Shown here: in pieces, positions 16,848-25,600 of the stretch
How the letters are laid out: every line of letters starts with the position of its first letter
Position numbering within the stretch: the stretch's first letter is position 1
Virus record (IMG/VR): IMGVR_UViG_3300044844_001069
Coordinates: 1-48,561 of that record
Strand: one strand, 5' to 3'
Length of the DNA stretch: 48,561 nucleotides
DNA from: a virus
Lineage: Duplodnaviria > Caudoviricetes
The notes under the pieces: model-generated
The model's input: the letters and a program-made list of their open reading frames with translations, nothing else
What the model was told of the DNA's origin: nothing
Database searches by the model: none
Translations under genes and position numbers: made by a program

Positions 16848-17452
16848 TGTCTAGCAAATACGAAACTAAAGAATGGGATAAATTTTCGCAAGGTTATTCT
16901 CGCGCACTTTATAACGCTCAGAGGTTATCAATAAATTCAACGCTTACTTGGGCAAAAAAGCAACTTGATACTAAACTGACTGATACTTATCACACACCAA
17001 ATAAAACGCTTAAGCTTTACCGAAATAAAACCAATCGCGGTAAAAAAAGTGCAAATACTATCGGTAGAATTTGGCTTGGCTATAATCCCATTGTGGCTAA
17101 AGAGTCATCAGATAACACCTTCGTTGGTCGATTACGTCAAAATGAAGCTGAAGATGGTGCAAGAGCTGGTGAATATTTCTATGAAAAAGGTTTTATTGCA
17201 CAATTCAAATCAGGTGCAAAAAAGATTGTCAAACGTGAATTTAACGGCATGACGACTAAAACTAACAAACGTGGTATTGCTCGACAAGTTAAAAAGTGGA
17301 AATTAATCACACAAAAATTACCGCAAGAAAGAACACAGTCTATCTCGGATAGTTTTATCAATGATATTGGGATTGAATTCCAAATACGCTATAATGAAAA
17401 AATTGAACAATACATTCGGGATGGTAAGATTCCTGATCTTGGAGAACCGTAA
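16847..17452 (+). CDS. Putative tail completion/neck protein (gpZ-like)
   Basis: Basic protein with GRIWLGYNPI and GFIA motifs; synteny. Confidence 0.6.
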   Translation: MSSKYETKEWDKFSQGYSRALYNAQRLSINSTLTWAKKQLDTKLTDTYHTPNKTLKLYRNKTNRGKKSANTIGRIWLGYNPIVAKESSDNTFVGRLRQNEAEDGARAGEYFYEKGFIAQFKSGAKKIVKREFNGMTTKTNKRGIARQVKKWKLITQKLPQERTQSISDSFINDIGIEFQIRYNEKIEQYIRDGKIPDLGEP

Positions 17453-17893
17453 ATGAGTTACGCTTGTCAACAATATCTAATTGATAGAATAACAGACCAT
17501 GTTCCTGCTTTTGTAACAGTGACAAATTCTTCATTTTCACCTGACGATAAAGCAGTTGTTAAAAAACTACCTGCTTGTGTTATTGTGCCATTTGAATCGA
17601 TTTATTCGCCACCATCGCTTTCTAATGATTTCCTTATTGATACTCAGCAATATGAAATTCATGTTATATTGCGAAGCGAAAACAACGATACAGACCATTT
17701 GCAGACGGAAGCGAATGCAAGTGTATTAATTAATTCTGTGCTAAAATGGGTAACAGGGTTTATCCCTGATGACCCAAATGTACTGGATGCTTTTAGACCT
17801 ATTAAAAAATTAAGACCAACTTACTTTCCTGATGAAGGTTTTGCGAGTTTCGGATTGATTGTGTCTATTAGAAAAACCATACCTTTGCTTTAA
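17453..17893 (+). CDS. Putative tail terminator (gpU/Gp37-like)
   Basis: LPAC.IV and L..V.GF.P motifs; immediately before the tail tube gene. Confidence 0.6.
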   Translation: MSYACQQYLIDRITDHVPAFVTVTNSSFSPDDKAVVKKLPACVIVPFESIYSPPSLSNDFLIDTQQYEIHVILRSENNDTDHLQTEANASVLINSVLKWVTGFIPDDPNVLDAFRPIKKLRPTYFPDEGFASFGLIVSIRKTIPLL

Positions 17894-17920
17894 ACTTTTC
17901 CAACCTCATGAGGAAATAAA

Positions 17921-18757
17921 ATGACAATTAGTAATCCATTCAGCTCTGCCAACTCAACGTTGACAGTTTTTAACAATTCAACTGCTGGCGAAATTGCAGC
18001 AATGGCTACTTTGCAAACAGCAATTAATTCTGCTTTGCAATTAGCATTAACTGACCCTGTTACTGCAAAAGCAAACCGTTTGACTGCTTATCAAGCATTT
18101 GAGTCTGCTGCTTCAGCACAAGGGACTTTATCTGTTGTAAGCACAGTAACAACTGCTAAACAAGCGGACGGTTATTACACAGGTACATTCACATATACTG
18201 GTGGTGTTACAGGTACTTGGGAATCAAAAGGTTTAACAACGTCGGCTGTTAACATTGAATTGACTTTGACAAGCGGTGCGTTCCCTACAGGTTCAAGCCC
18301 TTATACAACAGGTTTCTCATTCACTGTTACTGGTGCACGAGCTTTAGACGCATCAATTACTGGCCACTCAATCACTACTGTTGCTAATGCTGTTTCTAGC
18401 GCATTAGTAGGTAAAATTACTGCAATGGGCGACACAGGTTTAACTGCCGCTACTATTTCAGCAAAATTACTTAACGAAGCTGGCACATATAAAGCAAAAG
18501 GTTCTTCTGATGAAGGTGAATTGTCAGTTGATTTCTTGCGTGTTCCTTCTGACGCAGGTCAGATTTTGTTATTCTCAGCACAAGAAGATTTGAGCATCAA
18601 CGCAAACCGTGTTGTAAAAATTACTCATAATTCATCTGGTCAAGAATGGTATGGTATTGTTCAAGTATCAACTATTAAAACCACTCGCGGTTCAATTGAC
18701 AACTTTGTAAACGCGAAAGCGACATTGTTAATTCAATCTGGTAGCGTTGAAGACTAA
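17921..18757 (+). CDS. Major tail tube protein with an inserted N-proximal domain
   Basis: VGKIT.MG..G, K.KGS.D.G, DAGQ..L tail-tube motifs; GAGGA RBS. Confidence 0.8.
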   Translation: MTISNPFSSANSTLTVFNNSTAGEIAAMATLQTAINSALQLALTDPVTAKANRLTAYQAFESAASAQGTLSVVSTVTTAKQADGYYTGTFTYTGGVTGTWESKGLTTSAVNIELTLTSGAFPTGSSPYTTGFSFTVTGARALDASITGHSITTVANAVSSALVGKITAMGDTGLTAATISAKLLNEAGTYKAKGSSDEGELSVDFLRVPSDAGQILLFSAQEDLSINANRVVKITHNSSGQEWYGIVQVSTIKTTRGSIDNFVNAKATLLIQSGSVED

Positions 18758-18784
18758 TTGATAAAAATTAGTCTTTAATGTAAA

Positions 18785-18818
18785 CTGACGATTCTCAATT
18801 GAGGGTCGTCAGACTTTT
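18785..18818 (+). terminator. Hairpin / weak terminator after the tail tube gene
   Basis: CTGACGATTCTCA/TGAGGGTCGTCAG followed by ACTTTT. Confidence 0.45.
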
Positions 18819-18845
18819 AAATAATCAAATACAAGGGCATTAAAA

Positions 18846-19265
18846 ATGGGCATTTTAAAATTCAAAGCATCTCAAGATGGCGAAAATACAGGTAAATTAT
18901 TGTTAATTGATGAAGATGGTTCACCAATCTTAGCTTCAAACGGTAAACAAGCCACTTTTGAGTTACGCGGTGCGGAATCAAAAGGATTCAAAGAAGCCAA
19001 ATTCAAAAGTGATAAATTATTTATCGAATCGTTATCAGGCAAAAACAAAAAAGACAATTGGGTTGCCGATTTAAACAGACGTATCTCAATGTTACTTGCG
19101 TGTTTCGTTGGTTGGGAAAACGTAGAAATCGAAGATGGTGTCGCATTGGAATTTACACTTGAAAACGCAGCTATGATTTTGCGTGAAGAAAGTGAGATTT
19201 TCAAACAAGTTGATACTTTCATTGCTGACCGTCAAAACTTTGTAAAAAAAACTACCAGCGTTTAA
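18846..19265 (+). CDS. Tail assembly chaperone (gpG-like)
   Basis: L.G..S..F, VGWEN, FT.ENA, QVD.FI....NF; slippery A8 near the end. Confidence 0.85.
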   Translation: MGILKFKASQDGENTGKLLLIDEDGSPILASNGKQATFELRGAESKGFKEAKFKSDKLFIESLSGKNKKDNWVADLNRRISMLLACFVGWENVEIEDGVALEFTLENAAMILREESEIFKQVDTFIADRQNFVKKTTSV

Positions 19266-19696
19266 TCATATACGCTAAAAAAGTAGCTTGGTTGCATACT
19301 GCAACTGACGCTGACAAAGAAAATCCTAAGAGCCGTTCTCATGAACTTGATGAACGGCTTTTTCATGAGCTAATTTCTGAAGAAGAATACGCTAAATATG
19401 TTAAAATACCTGCCATAGACGAAGAATTCAAATATCTTTTAGATTATATTGGTGAATTAGGATTCTTTATAAATACAGGTATGGGTGCAATACCTCTCAG
19501 TTATACTGAAATTGCAAATTGGGCAATGCTAACTGATGTGAATCCTTCCCCTTTTGATGTTAGAGTATTACGTCAAATGTCATCTGCATTTATTTCATAC
19601 CAAGACAAATCTAAAAAACCCGAATGCCCTGACCCGATAAAAGAATTAGAGGAATTAGAAAATGGCGACTCAACAGAAAACCACGATAGTTATTGA
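19250..19696 (+). CDS. Tail chaperone gpT-like extension expressed by -1 frameshift
   Basis: The -1 frame is open from 19250; GMG..PLSY.EI..W motif. Confidence 0.8.
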   Translation, partial: NYQRLIIYAKKVAWLHTATDADKENPKSRSHELDERLFHELISEEEYAKYVKIPAIDEEFKYLLDYIGELGFFINTGMGAIPLSYTEIANWAMLTDVNPSPFDVRVLRQMSSAFISYQDKSKKPECPDPIKELEELENGDSTENHDSY

Positions 19697-22600
19697 AGGT
19701 GATTCAACCAAAGCAACCGAAGCACTTGATCGCGTCAATAAAGCTGTTGATAAGGTAAAGGATAACGTCAAAGAACTAGGTAAAGAGTTCGACAAACTTG
19801 AACCTGCTGTTAATTCAATACGAAATGCGGCTAACGGTTTAAATCAAAGTGCAACACAAGTACGTCAAGCAACTGCTGAGTTTAGAAATTTAGACGGTGC
19901 TACACGCTCTGCGACAGCATCTCTTGGTAATATGGGTCGAAGCGCAACATCTAGTTCAAGTTCACTCGGAACTGCTGGTCGTAGCGCAACGCAAATGAGT
20001 AGCGGAATGCATTCTGCTGTTTCTGCTACCGACATCCTGACTCGTCAATTGAATCATTTAAATTTGGCGGTGGCAGGTTCTTCTTCATCACTTGGTGCAT
20101 TTAGAAATTTAATGGGTACACTCGGCATTTCAATTGGCGCAGGTCAACTTGCACAATATATGGATGCATGGGTAAATTTAGCATCAAGACTTAAGCTTGC
20201 TACTAACAATACGACTGAACTAAAAATTGCCCAAGAAGCTGTCGTTAATATTTCAAAAGAAAGTCGGATGTCACTTGTTGATTTGGCTGACCTGTACTAT
20301 AAGGTTGGGTCAAGTGCTAAAGATATGGGTATTAATCAAACACAAGTTATCAAACACGTTCAAGCTGTTGCCAACGCTATTTTGATTTCAGGCTCAAGTG
20401 CTGAATCTGCAAAAGCGGCTTTAGTTCAATATTCACAAGCATTTGCATCAAATAGATTTGGTGGTGACGAGTTACGTTCTGTTGCAGAGCAAGCACCAAG
20501 ATTGTTTAAAGCATTGCGAGAAGGATTTGTTGACGTTAATGGTGAAGTTGGTGTCAGTGTTGCTCAAATGAAGCAACTTGCGGCTGAAGGCTTTTTCACT
20601 GCTGAAAAAATGAATCAAGCTATGATAAATAGTGCTGAAAAATTAGCGCAAGAAGCTAAAGCAATGCCAATTACTATTGGTCAAGCGTTTACTATTTTAA
20701 ATAATGAATTAGTCAGATTTATTGGCTCTGAAGGTCAAACGTCAGGTGCGTTTACAGCAATTGTAAACGGCATCTTAGGTATTGCTAATAATGTTGATAA
20801 ATTAATTCAAGGAATGGTTATTGGAACGGGTGCTTGGCTTAGTTACAAAGCAGCTATTGTTGCGACTACTGTAGCTGAATATGCCAATCTTGCTGTTACT
20901 GGCTATCACAACGCATCAAAAACAGCGAAAGCGTTGGCTTTAGCTAAAGCTACTGCGGCTGAATTAGCCAATACCGAAGCACAACTTGCTAGTGCTGTTG
21001 CGGCTGAACGTGTCGCAATTACACAAGCGCAGAGATTAACTGCATCAGGATTAATGACTAATGCGGTATTAGCTAACACAGCGGCTACACAAGCAAACGC
21101 AATTGCTCAAGCCGAATATGCAGCGGCAACGGCTGTATCTACTGGTGCAACAAGTCGATTAACGCTTGCATTTGATGCACTGACTCTCGGAATGATGCGC
21201 AATCCATTTGTTGCTTTACTTGTTGTTTTAGGCTCATTTGCAACTTATTTATATACAATTCGAGATTCATTAACTGAAGTTGATGGAAAGATGGTTAGCG
21301 TAGGCGCAATTTGGCAAGCAACTTGGGAAGACATTGGTAATAAAATTTTTAAAGCTAAAAATTATTTGGCTGATTTAATTCCTGATGCGGTTGTTAGTGG
21401 ATGGGAATCTGGCATAAATGTTTTAAATAAATTGTTGGATAAAACAGGTTCATACTTTGGTGGTTCAACAAACGAACCTAGTGACATTACCAAACGTGCA
21501 ATGGCAATTGATGCTAAAGATAAAGCTGATGCTGAAGCAAAAGCTAGAAAAGATGCTGAAGATGCTGCGGCTGTTTCTGCGGGTAAGTCTTTTGCGTTTG
21601 TTGATTTAGCGGCAAAAATAGCAGGCGATACTAAATCGTTACCTACTGTTACAAATTATAACAAGCAACTTGAAGAAGTTCGCAAAATGCGAATTAATCT
21701 TGATAAAGCTTATATTGAAACGCAAAAGCAATTAAATGATGAAATGGTTAAGGCTCAACAGCAAGGCGATGAGAAACTTAAGCAACAACGTGAAAAATCA
21801 ATTGCATATAATGCTAAAGCACTTGCTGAATCAAAAACAGCATTGGATGACCAAGAAGCAGAACTTGTTAAAAAAATAACTACTATTAAAAATGAAGCAT
21901 CAGGTAATACTGCTAAAAGAAGTGACTTTGAAAAAGCGTTTAGAGAAAATCTCACAAAAGACATTGACGCAATGATTAATGAGCAAGCCAGTTTGCGTGG
22001 TGTTGAAGCGGCTGCTGTTAAAGCCTTAATTGCTACCGAGTCACGTTTTAAACAAGGTGCTGTTAGCGAAACTGGTGCTAAAACCATGTTTCAGTTTTTT
22101 GACCCTGCGGCTAAAAGCGTTGGTACGACTGTTGCTGAGATGCTTAAAAGTGAAGCATTGACTATTGAGAAAGGCACACAATATTTTGCCATGATGCTTA
22201 AGCAATCAAACGGCAATGTTGAACAAGCTATCGCCCGCTACCATGACGGTACGACTAAAATTCAAAATAAAATAAATGCGGCTGGTGGTAAATTTGAAAT
22301 GTCGATGGTTAGCCCTGCGGCTGTCGCTCAGATTAACGATTTTAAAATTGCATTAGATGTTGCTGGTTCAAGTGTCACGCAAGTTGGGAAAGTAATGCGT
22401 GAAAATTATAAGGAACAAGAAGCGGCAATTAAACAACAAGAAAATTCAATAAAAGCTATTGCCAAAAGAGGTTCTCCTGAAGAAGAACGTTTGGTTAAAG
22501 AGCAACAACAAGTTAATGAATACGCAAAAACTGTTAATGCTGATGCGACATTAATTGCAGACGCTTATGCGCGAATTGCAGATGCACAACAAAAATTAAA

Positions 22601-25600
22601 AGACAAAAAGCTAGACCCTTTCCGTGATTACACTGCTACGGCAAAAGAGCTTTACGCAAGTTTGCAGTCTGGTGATATTAGTCAATCACGCTTTAACCTC
22701 GGTATTGCTGAAGCAAAAGGAACGCTTGCTAATCGTACTTCTGAAACTGATGTCCCTGTTGCTAAACAGCAGGATGTCATTGCTTTTAGTAAAATCGTTA
22801 AAGATGAAGAAAAAGCAACTACGGCAATGAAGAAGTTTAACGATGAAATGGATAAATCGACTGCTGCATTCAATAGTTTTGGTAATAGTGGAAAAATGGC
22901 ATTTGACGGTATCCTAGGTGGCATAAGCGCGGTAGCCGCTGCCGCATCATCATTTGGCTCAGATTTAACCAAACTAAATGCGATGCAGACTGATTCGCAA
23001 AAAGAATATGAAAAAGCAATGGCACAAGTTGGTGCAACGGAAGCTGACAAAGCCAATGCGACTGCCAAATACAATAAAGATAAAATGGCGTATGAGCAAG
23101 CAATGATTGCCACTGAGATTAGTGGCGCAAGGTCTATTGCAGGTGCTACTTCAAAAATGTTTGGCGAAAAGTCTGCAGCAAGAAAAGCTTTCCACGGTAT
23201 TGAGATGGGATTAGCTGTTATCGAAATGGCAATGTCACTTAAGAAAACCGTTGTTAATATTTCTGAAGGTGCTTCAAAAATGTTTGCACAATCGGGATGG
23301 TTAGGGTTCGCTGGGGTTGCCGCCATGTTAGCAGTTATGGCTGGACTTGGTATTGCGGCTGGAAGTAGTGGTAAAACTACAGATTTAACTGCGCCTGAAA
23401 GCAAAACGACAGGAAGTGTGCTAGGCGATAATGAGAAAGCATCCACATCGATTAAGAGTATTACTGATACGCTAAATTCAATTCATGCTAGTGAATATGT
23501 TGAATTGAAGGATATGAACAGTAACTTTAAAAATCTTGTTCAAATGACAACGACAGGTACTTCTCAAGCAATGCGAGAAAGAGGAACGTTTATTTTCTCA
23601 AACAACGGAATGAAGAATACAAATACAGGTGCATCTGAAAAGCAATTTGCAATGGGTCTTGGTACAACTGCAATTAGTGCTGGATTAGCTGCGGCTGGAA
23701 TGGGTACAGGATTGGTAACAACAGCGTTAGCGGGAGTCATTGGAGCTGTTTCTGGTGTTTCTACGACATTGACGGGTGCATTAGTTGGTTTATCCGCATC
23801 GATAATGGGTGGTGGCTTAATGGCGGCTGCGGCAATGGGTGGTATTGGCTTGCTAATTGGTGGTGTTATCTATGGTCTTTCTAAATTGCTAGGTATCGGT
23901 AAAGTTAAGTTTGAAGCGGTAGGCGGTGGTATTGTTAGCAATGCTCAAGAATACATATTGAATGGTATGCAACAGCAAGTTACTGTTTATGACTATTCTA
24001 AAATTAAAAAGACAGTAACAGGCTGGTTCAGTAACGATGTGACTTATTTTGATGTTATTAATCAAATTGATAATCCGTTAACTAAATTATTTAGTGGTAT
24101 TTTTAATAATGTAAAATTATCGTTAATCCAATCTGCACTTATTTTTGGTGAAGGGGACTTATTTAATATGAGCATCGTTCTACCAAAAATGAAATTAGCT
24201 TTAAAGTCTGGTGAAAAATACAACGCTGAAAATCAAAAGAAGATTGAAGATTATTTGAATAAAGCCAGTGATGATATTGCCACACAGGCATTTGGAAGAT
24301 ACTTGTCCCAATTCCAACAAATGGGTGAAGGTATGCTTGAAACTGTGCAAAGATTGGCGCAACAAGCTGTCGTTGCTAAAGTTGGATTTGAAAGATTAGG
24401 TGCAAATATTACGCTTTCAGGTTTAGGTTTAATTTCATTTTCTGATTCACTTGCTAAAGCGTTTGGTGGACTTAAAGAATTGCAATCAGGTCTTAATGAA
24501 CTTTATGATTCATTCACAAGTGAAACTCAAAAATTAAAAGATGCGCGTGATGCTGTTGATAAATTAATGGTATCTCTTAAAATTCCAACAGGAACAGGTA
24601 CGCCAACAGCTATTACAACTAACGCTGATGTATCAAAAGTAGTTAAATATTTAGGTGACAATGAGAATTCATTAAGTGAAGTTCTTGGTGAATTGAAAAA
24701 AATGATAAACCCAAAGCCTAGTGATACGGGTATTCAATCTAAAATAAATTCACTTTCTAAAGCTTTACCTACTGATGATTCTGCATTTTTAAACCTATTT
24801 TCTCCAAGTGAGCTTACTACTGACATTCTGAAAAAAGCACTCGAAGGAACTAAATGGTCAATATTAGGCGAAATTGCTGGGACTAAAGCCATTAGTTCTG
24901 CGTATAAACCATTGCTTGAATTTGCTTCTAAAAATGCAAACTATTTAGCATCTCTTAATGCATATAATAATTCAAAATCAAATACGATATTGTTTGAAAA
25001 TTTGAAAAAATTTGGTGAAGTATTGCCCGATAGTATCGATGGTGTTGAAGCATTGGTTATTAAATTTGATGATTTACAAACAAGCACAAGTAATAATGTT
25101 AAAGCTCTTTCCGACAATACCAAGTCAATTAAATTAGTCACAGCCGCTAATGAAAAAGCCGCTGAAGTTGGAAAATATACGCTTGATTTTTCTAAAAGAA
25201 TATCGGCTTGGATAAACAATCTAAACGCAACTCAATTAGGTTCACCTTTAACCCAATTAAACGCTTCTAAAGCCAACTTCCAAGAGCAAATGACTCTAGC
25301 ACAATTTGGCGCAACGGCTGAAGATAAACGTGCGGCATTAAGCGGTATAACGGGTTATGCCGATACTTATATCAATGCTATTAGGAATTATTATGCGAGT
25401 AGTGAACAAGGTCAAATAGCTATTACTGAAGTTATGAATTCAGTAAAAGGTTTAGATAAAGTTAAACCAATTGAAGAATTACAACTTGATGCATTGACTG
25501 GTATTAAGGATGCAATTGAAGCAGGTAATTTGGCTATTCCTTCTGCGTTAAGTGCGGCAAATGCTGAGATATTTAAAGCCTTACTTAACGTAACAAGTAC

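Noticed and set aside
22682-23446. 254-aa antisense ORF and similar short overlapping ORFs
   Set aside because: Opposite-strand shadows of well-supported genes with no motifs.
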